This document shows, in pieces, positions 1-10,756 of a stretch of 64,000 nucleotides of DNA. A program made the translations under genes and the position numbers. This DNA is from Euprymna scolopes. Lineage: Eukaryota. Location: NCBI GenBank assembly GCA_053919585.1, contig CM132813.1. One strand, written 5' to 3'. Under the pieces are notes generated by a model. That model worked only from the letters and a program-made list of their open reading frames with translations. It was not told the DNA's origin and ran no database searches. The number at the start of each line of letters is the position of its first letter. The first letter of the stretch is position 1.

Positions 1-263
1 AACAATTAAGCAAAATCATTTATCCCACTTTCCACTGAAATTAACATGGTTTGAAGTAATATAATGTTGTACCATAAACGGCTTTAAGCAGTGATACATG
101 CTGATACTATTTTCCTATGACTACGCATTTACGTTAGTTAATGTTGTATTGTATTAAAACGTCCTGGAGGAAAAAGAGGTTCCACTTTTCCTTTTCATTG
201 ATCATAACCTAAAGAAAAACAGGAAGAAGAAAATAGATCAAATAAGTGGTTGCCACCACAACA

Positions 264-2367
264 GTTGGTAAAACATCCTTACGAAAAGAAGAGAAAAAGG
301 TTCGAGTTGTGTAAACTACTCTAAGCATAGTAGCTGGAAAACAACGTTGAGTAGCAGAAAAAAATCCTTTTAACAATATGAAGGCCAACAGGGCCTAACC
401 ATGGTAATTTTAAATAAATGGGACAATGTGATGGACCAATACGTTTAACACTATTAAATGTAGCAATTTTACGTTCAATAGTAGTTTTTATTATATTTAT
501 GGGATATCCATTGCTAAGAAAAATATTTGTGATTTCACCAAGTTCCGCATCAAGACGGTTTGGTGAAGAAATCATAAGTGCACGATGTGTAAGAGCGCTA
601 ACGAGGTTTATTTTTCTAGACTGAGGGACAAAGGAAAACCAATTAAGATATAGCCCTGTAAATGTAGCGTTTCTGTATACAGAGGTCTCAAACGTAGAAC
701 CAACTTTAGAAACACGAACATCGAGGAATGGGAGAGAGCCACAGTCCTCGACCTCCATAGTAAATTGTAACGATGGATGCAAGTTGCAAAGAAGACGAAG
801 AAACTGTTCATCTTCACTCCGTGAGGGAAAGCATACAAAAGTGTCATCAACGTAGCGTGTATAGAATGTTGGCTTAGTAATTTTGGAAAATAATTCGTTT
901 TCCAAAAATCCAACGAAAATGGTGGCTAGCGAAGGACCAAGAGGGCTACCCATAGATATCCCATCAATATTCCGGTACATAATGTTGTTGAAACAAAAGG
1001 AGACTGATTTAGTAGCAAGTTCCATTAGTTCAACGAAAATTCGCTCAGGAAATTGTGGAGATTTTGAGGGGCCACGATATAGATAGTCAGCACAAATACC
1101 TATGGTTTCATCCAAATGTATATTAGTAAAAAGACTATTAATGTCAAAGGAAGCCAAGAACTCGGTATTTTTAGATAAAGATAATTTTTGTATATGAGAC
1201 ACGAATTGAAAAGAATTCGAGATACAATGGACCGAATAAAAAGAAAGCACAGGTTTAAGAAGATCAATCAACCATTTCCCAAGTTCGTGTTGTGCAAAAC
1301 CCAACATACATAAAATGGGTCGCAAAGGAATGTTAGGTTTATGAACCTTGGGTAAACCATACATTCTAGGCCTTTGAGGGCCAATGGGTCGGATTCTATC
1401 ATAAATCTCCTTAGAAATAAACCCGCTTTTATAAAGTTGAAGAAATCTTTTCTGGATTTTTATTTCCATACGAAAAGTGTCATCATGGCTTAAATCATCC
1501 AACCGGAGAAATTTATTTTTATCGTCCAAGATTTGTAACATTTTGGAGATATAATCCGTTTTGTTAAGTATAACAACGCCCGATCCTTTATCCGGCGAGA
1601 AAGATAAATGTCGGAATTAGACCTAATTAATTTTTCCGCTTCAAAATGTTTTTTCTGCCAAACAAAATCGCTAAATTTAGTATTTATGGCATAAAACCTC
1701 CGACCTAATTCGCCCAACTGAATTTTAACACTAGTTAATTCATCAGTGGAGATAGGCGAATGGTGTTTTAATTGAGTATATAATAATTCAATTTCACTCA
1801 ATATTGAAATTTTATCAACATATAGGGAAGGAATGCAAAATTGTAAGCCAGCAGATAAAACAAATTCTTCCGTATTGGACAAAACATAAGAAGAATAATT
1901 AAATATATATTTATCCAAATTTGTTATAATCCCAAACTTCTTAGTAATTAATTTTTGTTTTAATATTTATGATAAGAAGAAGTACATTTATTGCGGGTAA
2001 AATTATCGCCATTGGATAAAAACTTGGAAAACCGGAGTTTATCAAAGAAAGATAGTTCTTTCCAAACCATGGCCCAAAGTAAAAGGTGTTTACTACGTAA
2101 CGAATTATATGTATCGGAATTAAATAGGATTTCATCTTGTACTGCCAATGTATTTCTACATTTAATTTTAGAAATACGATGACAGATATAACCGGGAGCA
2201 ACATGATTTAGGCGGCAAGATTTAAGAAATTCCATCCTACACTTCAAAACGATTAATTTATTTTTAATACGTATAACTTTGTTTAACGTTTTGATAAATT
2301 GTAAGCTGTACCGACCTCGAAAATATGTAAGTAAATTCTTGGTACAGCAAAATGGTAATAATTTCAC
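264..2367 (-). mobile_element. Penelope-like retroelement (PLE), frameshifted, truncated before the GIY-YIG endonuclease
   Basis: Three consecutive minus-strand ORFs in different frames (1960-2367 with N-terminal FLKSC..V.P motif; 1490-1918; 321-1541) join into one PLE protein. A further frameshift in the A-run near 360 continues as ...FPATMLRVVYTTRTFFSSFRKDVLPT to about 264, after which similarity is lost. Confidence 0.9.
321..1541 (-). pseudogene. PLE-type reverse transcriptase domain (disrupted ORF fragment)
   Basis: Motifs PRMYGLPKVHKPNIPLRPI, SFDINSLFTNI, GISMGSPLGP, YTRYVDDTF, FTMEVE..GSLPFLDV, VYR...TGLYLNW are typical of Penelope/Poseidon RTs. Confidence 0.92.
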
Positions 2368-2422
2368 CTGCCCGTTTTTTTTTTATTTTCTTTGGTAGTT
2401 AAATTAAATTATGTTTCCTCTG

Positions 2423-2426
<4 letters not shown>

Positions 2427-2482
<56 letters not shown>
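2427..2482. repeat. (TA)n microsatellite (one of more than 20 in the window, e.g. near 10555, 27861, 28113, 29088, 33854, 40349, 41850, 49214, 60176, 63128, 63408)
   Basis: Direct reading of dinucleotide runs. Confidence 0.98.
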
Positions 2483-2485
<3 letters not shown>

Positions 2486-2568
2486 TAGAAATGGTAATTA
2501 ATAAAAACTGAAGAAAGTGTTCAATACTTTTGTAGAGACAAATATGCGTTTTATTTTTTTATTAACTA

Positions 2569-2755
2569 TCTTTCTGTGAAGGTACATTATTGCTTCAGTT
2601 ACCCGGCCGTTTTTTTTTGTTTTTTTTGCTGTCTGTGTCTTCCTCAGAATTTTACAGCCGTATAACATAATCAAATGCTGTAAAAGTCTGAAGAAGCTAC
2701 AAGCGGCCAAAAACCGGCCGGGTAGCTGAAACAATAATGTAACTTAACAGAAAGA
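2569..2755. repeat. Inverted repeat made of two head-to-head hammerhead-bearing units
   Basis: 2569-2658 is an imperfect reverse complement of 2677-2755 (tctttctgt..tacattattg.ttcag.tacccggccg versus cggccgggtagctgaaacaataatgta..acagaaaga). Confidence 0.85.
2678..2750 (+). ncRNA. Type I hammerhead ribozyme, core intact
   Basis: CUGAAGA 2688-2694; stem II AGCUAC/GUAGCU extended by CGGCC/GGCCG; GAAAC 2728-2732; stem III ACA-AUAA-UGU; GUA triplet 2739-2741; stem I AAGU/ACUU plus CUGU/ACAG across an internal loop. Confidence 0.82.
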
Positions 2756-3404
2756 CGCGGTAATNNNNNNNNNNNNNNNNNNNNNNNNNNNNNNNNNNNN
2801 NNNNNNNNNNNNNNNNNNNNNNNNNNNNNNNNNNNNNNNNNNNNNNNNNNNNNNNNNNNNNNNNNNNNNNNNNNNNNNNNNNNNNNNNNNNNNNNNNNNN
2901 NNNNNNNNNNNNNTTATTATCATTCTATTTCATATGATACAATATATTTATCACATGAGGAATATTTTAAATTTTGGGGTGCATGATTTTTTTACATATA
3001 AAAAAATCGACAATATTTACAAATAGATATTGTGAAATAGCGATAAACACCAAGAAAATAAAAAAATATTGAAAATAATGTAATTTGCATAAATGCATTA
3101 TGTTTACCATCAGGTTCTTCCTAGAAAATTTACAATATTGCCTTTTTTTAATTCGCATATTTAAATGCATGTATATCTTGACAGTTAATAATGGAGATTA
3201 ATCTATGGTTTGGATATATCTTAAATTGTTTTTCTTAAATTAATCGAGCCGTAAAATTATTGAAGTAACTTTAATAAGTGTTATGGTTGTGTTTTATTGA
3301 AAGAAATAATTTGTCTTTATTAATTTTAAGATACAGGGGAGGTGATTAAATCCGTTTTCTTTATTTTTTAAATATTTCTAACCATGAGGATGTTTTATAT
3401 CTTA

Positions 3405-3672
3405 TGGTTTCTTTTGTTTTACGGCATATCAACCCTTTTCTGGTTATTTAATGCCGAATCCAAAGATCCGGACGAAATGTTTTTTTAATAGAATATATTT
3501 GTTTTTTTCAAGTCGGTTTCTATTTAACCCATAGTCGGGACCCTTACAGGTCCTACCACTCCAGGTCAGAGTGGACCTGGGAGGAATGACAATTAAAGGG
3601 TGGCTCCACACTCCCCATATCCGCAAGCTGGGGCCTCGCCACTGGATATACTTTAAGTTCATATCCAGGACC
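3405..3672 (-). mobile_element. SINE-like short retroelement, family A (copy 1)
   Basis: Reverse complement of the elements at 36122-36411 and 56292-56561 (shared ggtcagagtggacctggga, tggctccac, ggcattaaataacc, gttgatatgccgtaaaacaaaa). Confidence 0.8.
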
Positions 3673-4879
3673 AATTTCTTAAGAACAAATACTTTTAATT
3701 TTCTTATATAGTATTACTGTTCCTCCGAATAAAAATAACACTAATAATAAAAAGTGTGAATAACATCATACTGTATCACAAAACTTGATTCCTGAACAAG
3801 TGTACAGATCGAGACATAGAACATCCTCGTATGTGTGTCATATTTTCTTTTTTTGATGTTAATTTTGACGTTTTATTTGAAAGTTAACAGAGGGTAAATA
3901 GTTTCCTACTCATCGCTTTTAATAGACATTTTCCTGTGTGTTTTCTTCTTTTTTATTAATGATATCAGTCAATATCAATAAACACAGACGGGGCTGGCCA
4001 GTCTGAAGGGAATTTATCAAAGAGAAGGCGCTGTTTATTAATGCAATAAACAGTTGTGTATCATTAAAGAGACTTCTTTTATCTAACGTTATAAGCTTTT
4101 TATATTATTTTATTTGAACTGAAATTTATTCATTCGCGAATTTTAAAGGCGTTTATTTTAAGAGGTCTATTATCAAAGAACTTGCCAAGGTATATTAAGC
4201 TAAAGAGAATGTTTGCTTGTGTAAGTCATTTTTGTGTTATTTTTTTTCATTATAATATTTTCTAAATTTCTAAACGACTATGGAATAAGCATTTGTTCTT
4301 AATTATTCGTCACAGTAATATGGACGGTAATGCATTCACTGTTAAAAACTGAGCGCGTCGCATCAAATGACTGGAACGTTAGACAATAAATTAACGCTGC
4401 TACATGTTTGGTTTATCATTTTTCTGCTCTACTATTTTTCAAATTTTATTTAATGGTGAATAAGAGATTACTCGAACTATTCTAATTTGAAGTTTTTATG
4501 AGCAAGTATGCCATTTCCGTATTGTGAGATTATAGGTTGCTTCTTGCTGGGAAAATAAAGAAGCAAGACGTTTTTGACAATTATGCTGTAATTTAGTGTA
4601 ACCAACACATATGTAGAAATCAAAAAAAGTTTTTTCTGATCTTTCAACTGATCATAAAGTTTATTTTTATGGGCATTACCAATCCAATCGAACAAATTTT
4701 GCCTAGTGCCAGAAGAAGGAAAGAATGAGATATACTGTTTTGCTTACAACTTACCTGGAAGTCTTAAATGCTTATTCTAAGCTTACAAACTTAGATACTT
4801 ATTAAAGGTGATATCTAGAATATTCCTACAACGTCATTTGCAACTTGTCTCGTCTCAAAGCATTGAACTGACTATAAAT

Positions 4880-5532
4880 GTTATTGTTCTTTCTTACTTG
4901 ATGTTTTCACGACATTTCTGCTAACTATATCTCGGCCCTTTGTCAGGTGGTAACCACGACGGAGTAGGAACTTCGAATCTGGTAACGGCATCCTCAGCAA
5001 TAACTACTTTCCGTAGGTCTTATCGTCTCACAACGTTTTCGCCAAGTAAGCCTCTGCCGTACTTTGGGTAGGATTGAAACCGCTACCTTCAGACAAATCT
5101 CACTCGTAACCGTAGAGATTCAACGTCTCTATGCAAAACGTCTCGGGCCCCGAAGGGCGATCAAGGTTGGATATTTTGGTCCTATAAATTCTCGTTGTTT
5201 ATTATCTGATCTTTCGTGGTCGGGTCCGTACTGAATGGTATATTAGTTGGTGGAATTCATTATTGAGGCGATTATTATTTATTAATTTTATTTTTATTGC
5301 GGGCTATTATCCTCATCTTTCTTAGTTGATGTTTTCACAGCGTTTCGACAGACTATGTCTCTGACTTTCGTTAATAAAAAACGGCGAGACTACAGCATCT
5401 ATGGAAAGCAGTAATTTCTGAGGATGCAGTTTTGAGATTCGGAGTGCCTATCCTGTTGCGGATACCATCTAACGTCGGAAAAACATAAAACTAAGACAGA
5501 TGAGGATAATAGTCCGCGATAAAAATAAAATT
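4880..5532. mobile_element. Decayed PLE-derived non-autonomous repeat cluster with an inverted repeat and relic HHR motifs
   Basis: Inverted arms at about 5284-5336 and 5478-5532. Minus-strand relics (cctgacaaag...cagaaatgtcgtg; tcgaaacgctgtg) resemble the 14101-14417 element. Confidence 0.55.
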
Positions 5533-6015
5533 CATACTATTATCGCGCAATACAATTTATTTTGCTCGCTTCGATGGTTCAGAATGCCGGTCTTGTACTG
5601 AAGAGATCGTATGTCTTAATAAAGAGAAACCAGATACGCATTTACAGTTACTCGTATTACATAAATCATTTGGACAACTGATCTCATCTTGAGTAGCATT
5701 TTTACAATATTTTTACGATGTAACCTCAGCCATTCTTCAGATGTATCTTACAGAACTCATGAATATGCACATAATTTTGAACCAGAGAAACATGTTCCCG
5801 TTCCGTCAGCCATGAGTGCATAGACGCCCTATGTAATTCAGGATTGTATTTTAAGTCCCCGATTAAGGGATTAATTTTAAAGCTTCATAAAATATATCTC
5901 ATTTTACTTAATGTTTCCAAGTATTCTAACCACAAGTTCTTGCAAATAATTCTAGTATTTTAAACGTCTACTACCTATCTTATTCCTAGATGTAAATATC
6001 ATATATATATATATA

Positions 6016-6056
<41 letters not shown>

Positions 6057-6519
6057 CTAACTTACTTACTTACAAGTGGTAGTCACACAGATCACAATCA
6101 AAGATTTCTCTTTGAGACCAGCATGTGACCGTCTCAGAAATCGTGGTCACAATAAGTCTCTCAGATTTCTAGTATTATCCACCTCTTTCTATAACCACTG
6201 AATATCAACGTTTTTTATCGTAACAGTCGCTTACCATTACATCAACTGCTTGATTGAGGGCCGATAACGGTGCACACAAAGGAAACTTCACATTCCTCCC
6301 CTGCAGTTATTTTGTCCAGATTGCATTGCACTGTAAAGAACCTACTGTTAATTTTATAAAATTATTTTGGAATATAACGGTTTGAAATAAGGTTTAAAAT
6401 GTTAAAGTCAAAGCATTTTTTTTAAGTTAAATATTTTTGTCGATCTATATTATATTATTATTTAAAAAAACAAAATCTTCTCTTCATTTTATACACTTCC
6501 CCTTTCTGTTTATGGGGGG

Positions 6520-6914
6520 ATAATCGCTGAAAATTAAGAGTTATGAACTATTGTACTTTTAACATAAACATTTACTTTAAACGCGCACGTGCCATATCAA
6601 ATAACTATTCATTTTATATGTTACGCATTTCTACTTGTGTGGAAAGAAAACTTTTCAGATTCAGTTGAAATGTAAGGGTATACATGATGCACATATTTGT
6701 ACAAATGGCTGGTTGATGTCTTTATAGGATTATTTGGTTATAGATTATCTACACCTATCTACAATATTCCCATACAAAGTATACTTTAGAACACTGCCAG
6801 ATATATAAAGTACATATATGTAAATTTTCATAAAAATCGGATCAGCTATTGTAGATTTTATGGAAATCGAACCCGCGCACATACGCAATATTCCTTTTTA
6901 TATATTAGTAGAGA
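6520..6914 (-). mobile_element. Helitron/Helentron-like non-autonomous element, 5' part
   Basis: Minus strand starts A|TCTCTACTAATATATAAAAAGG, followed by ...gatccgatttttatgaaaatt, a common non-autonomous Helitron 5' pattern. The same 5' start occurs at 59500. Left boundary approximate. Confidence 0.5.
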
Positions 6915-7329
6915 TTTTTCTTTGTTCTATTAAGATAGATAGTTTCCATTTTTCCTACATACATTGTCCAGCGTAGCCGACATTTGAAGATCTACAAATA
7001 ATATAACTTTAGAAATTATTTTCTAATATTAGTGTTACGGAACGATACTTGTCACTTTTGCATAGTTTATTGGGGGAGCTGTGTTATGATCTTTCGAGTG
7101 TTGTCTTGGACGTAAGATTCCCTTAAACAGTTCATTCCGTCTTGATATGTATTGCTGTCACTACATATTGCCTTTATCAGCTGCTGGACGCAGCATACGG
7201 TTTCTTTCTTTTCATTATATGCAGGATGAAAGTTGAAGTTAAGCACTGCCCAATGGAAGTTTATAGACGAAACAAGCCCCTGGCCATTGCGAGTTATTAG
7301 CTCAGCTATGCACGATTATTTGTTATTGT

Positions 7330-8018
7330 GTTCGTTTTCCATCGGGAATTGTATAAATATTCGGATAGCATAACATAGTCCTTTAATGTTTGGGCGTTAT
7401 CCGAGTGAAGCGAGGGTAAGGATGTTTCATCTTCATATAGCAGCCACATTGTTGGCTTTAGAGGTAGTGACTCTAACAACATTCTCATGCCTCCTCACAT
7501 ATTGGAATTCAGCTTGGAAAGCAAAGCTAAAGTGTGCTGAAAAGTGTGGTGACTCTCTGGAAAAATGAGGTAACCACTGCCATATCCTGGGTTTGGCAAC
7601 AGGACTCGGCGTCGGTCGACAAGTTGAAAAAAACCCAGGTTTGGCTTCAGAGCGAGTAATACAAGTTTGTACTCTTCTCCGACGGTTCCGCTCCTCCCTA
7701 GACCTGAAGCCGCTCGACTACTTCCTTTAGTAATCCGTCGAGGACATCATCAAAATAACCTCTCACAACACAAAAACCATCCTGGTCATCGCCGTCCTGA
7801 GAGTATTCGCCGACATCCAGCCAGTGCATTTGGAAAAGGCATGCTTCCAGTTTCGGAATTGTATCGAGCGGATGATTGAGGCTGAAGGCGGATACATTGA
7901 ATATATGTCAGCTCTACTACATAATTTAGTAAACTGAATAGACTTTAAAAAAAAAAAAACAAAAAAAACTGGCAGGTGGTTTTCCTTTAGGGCGACATTT
8001 TTTCGTCAGCCCTCTACA
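7330..8018 (+). pseudogene. Decayed Tc1/mariner transposase of maT (DD37D-like) type with probable right TIR
   Basis: Frameshifted remnants MPPHI, WVWQQDSA, SLDLKPLDYF and C-terminal KACFQFRNCIERMIEAEGGYIE. TIR-like end ...ttttttcgtcagccctcta near 8015. Boundaries approximate. Confidence 0.7.
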
Positions 8019-10585
8019 TAGACCACTACTGAGTATAATGGTAATCCCATCGGCGGAATGTTTCCTGCAGATATATATCAGAACTCATCATGAAGTATGT
8101 ATTATAGATTTGACAAAAAATGTCAAAAACCCAATTCTATTCTCAATTGTGATCTACGTTTGTTTCTTCAGCAAAGTATCTGAAGACAACATATCCCGTA
8201 CAACCATCATAGTCTCGTCAGTGGGGAGTTTCCTGAACCGAATAACTATAGCTACACTAAGTATCTTGTTGGAATAGATATGGGCATTGTTGATTTTTAC
8301 ATGAAGTTGATTGATTCTTGACATACGAGGCTGTTATGTTTATGGTTGCAATTATTATATCTACCAGAAATTGAGCCAAAGGACAGTATACTGAGCTCCC
8401 GCCGCTATCAATAGGCATTAATGCAATAATGTATTATGAATCTTAAGAAGACCGTATAAGTGTGGTATTTTGCTTTAATCCTAAATTGGATGTTTCTATT
8501 GTGCAGTTGGTATTGTACTTTTGTTCCTTCTCACTATCTATAGGAGTTATTTTACGACTTACATATGGATAATGGATCTAATTAAACTTAAGACCTGTGC
8601 CGTGTGCTGTTTGATAATTTTTATCAGTGTTATTCGTAATTCATACATCAACTAAAACTTATTGAAAACTCAGTCGTAAAATGTTAATTTTTCGACCATA
8701 TAAAACATGTCAAATTATACACATGAGCAATGATGACAGTGACATTTTCCAAAATGTTGCAACAATAATACTCAAGATGTGGAAATCTTAACAAGACATA
8801 GACTATACAATTTATTATACGTCGATATAAAATGGTAGGTTAAGAAATGTTCATGCAAAAGACCTCGTATAAACTATCTCAAGTTAAACTTGAGAGGCTT
8901 GTGTCGTGTCGTTATTTTGTAAATTTGTATCTCTTCAAACCAGTTATGTGTTTAGATTTGTATGATATGCTGGACGTTCAAGCAAATACAGTAAATACAT
9001 TATGTATATAAGGATGATTGGGTTGTGCACGTTGGTTTCTGTAATGAATGTTATCAGTATCAAAGTGGCTGTTTATGATTGGTTAAAGTGTGTGTATTTC
9101 TTTTTACGCTAGTGTCTCATGTGGAGAGCGACGCCATTTTTGTATACTTTTAGAAGTGTTCGTTTATCTAGGAATTAATTTAATTCTGTATAATTAGAAA
9201 GACCTGTCTCAGCCAATTAGAAAGGATGAAACATTGATAGGGAGTCCTTATTACTTAGGATTTCGAAATCGGAAAGAATATGTTATGTCTATATTTCTCT
9301 TAGCCACGGAGAGTGTATCACACTATAGTTAAAAATATAGAATAGGACCCGATGCCAGCAGTTTGTAGTGGTAAGTCTAAGTATCTAGAGGAAAAAAACT
9401 AGTGACTCCTTCCTTTTAGAATGTTGCTAATGTGATGGTGATGTTCATCGGGTAGAATGTATCATTTTGATATCACAGCGTGATTTCCATAATGGTGATC
9501 GAAAGCTACATATAATAGTGGCTAATAGGCTATGAGTATTAAATCTATATGTGACATCTGGTGTTGCAAAGTTACCATAGGTTAGTCAAATTATTATATG
9601 GGAGATTAAGTTCATATACATTTCCGGCATAAAGAAAATAATATATTCATAAAAAAAGCATTTAAAATGTGAGATATATGTAAGAATAATACTTCTGTGC
9701 AAATTACTATTAATTAGAGTTTCATAATTATAGAATAAGTTTGCGTGTGTTTAACTTACTAAAAGAGAGAAAAAGAGAGATATTTATTCATTTAAACATA
9801 TACCAATACACCAAATGACACTATGGAAAAATCTACAGTTTTGAACTTTATTAAGTAGTGGTAATTAAAGAGAACACTAAATGTAGTTTTAAACCGATGT
9901 TGCGTCCTACCCGAAGGAATAACAAAATCAATTAAAGGAAAAATATATCAAAACATCTTTCAACATTTATTTGATATTTTTTTAATACGATTAAGAGAAT
10001 ACTTTTGGACTTTCGAACGTCTTTCACAGTGTTGTCCATCTATTATCTGTCAGCATGTGTACAATCAAAATTCATGAATTATAGTGTCAAAGCGTTTTTT
10101 TAATCAAATAATAAAGATATATGACCTGCAAAACGCGCCTAAATTCTTCATCGCTCAGCATTGTGTAATCAATAAAGCATTCGAATCATTGTTTCATATC
10201 ATCCAAATAAACACGAAGAGTGTTTTATCAGTCGAAAGCGGCTCCTCTCTGTCGCCGTTTCAATTAATAAACACACAATCTTTCTGTATGTTGAGGATAG
10301 ATTACAATACTTTAATTACCTACGACGCCGAGTAAAAACACATCATACACTATAAAAAAATAGGTTGACAAAATGAAAATGTATAAACTTTGAAGAGAAT
10401 TAATCGTCAGTTAATTGCCATCTCTGTCTAGACACTTTTTTAAAAGTGCACCTTCAAGATGAAAACATTCGTCAATTGTTTACTTATTACATTATATTTT
10501 AATGCTTTAATAACTGAACCCATAGAACACAAGATCGATACATATCAACAGATTATATATATATATATATATATGTAAAAATATG

Positions 10586-10621
<36 letters not shown>

Positions 10622-10641
10622 GTGTCTTTAAAAGCCCCACC

Positions 10642-10756
10642 CAATATTTTTGCTGATGAGACGTTGTTTCAAAAACCAAATGATAAAATTATTGTCCAAT
10701 CCTTATTGTCAATCTCAATAAAAACATCGTTTCCGAAACGATCGTACAATTTATTG
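10642..10756 (+). ncRNA. Type I hammerhead ribozyme with unusually long stem/loop II
   Basis: CUGAUGA 10653-10659; GACGUUGUUU pairs imperfectly with AAACAUCGUU around a roughly 50-nt loop; GAAAC 10735-10739; palindromic loop III GAUC; GUA 10744-10746; stem I UUG/CAA plus CAAUA/UAUUG. Confidence 0.68.
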
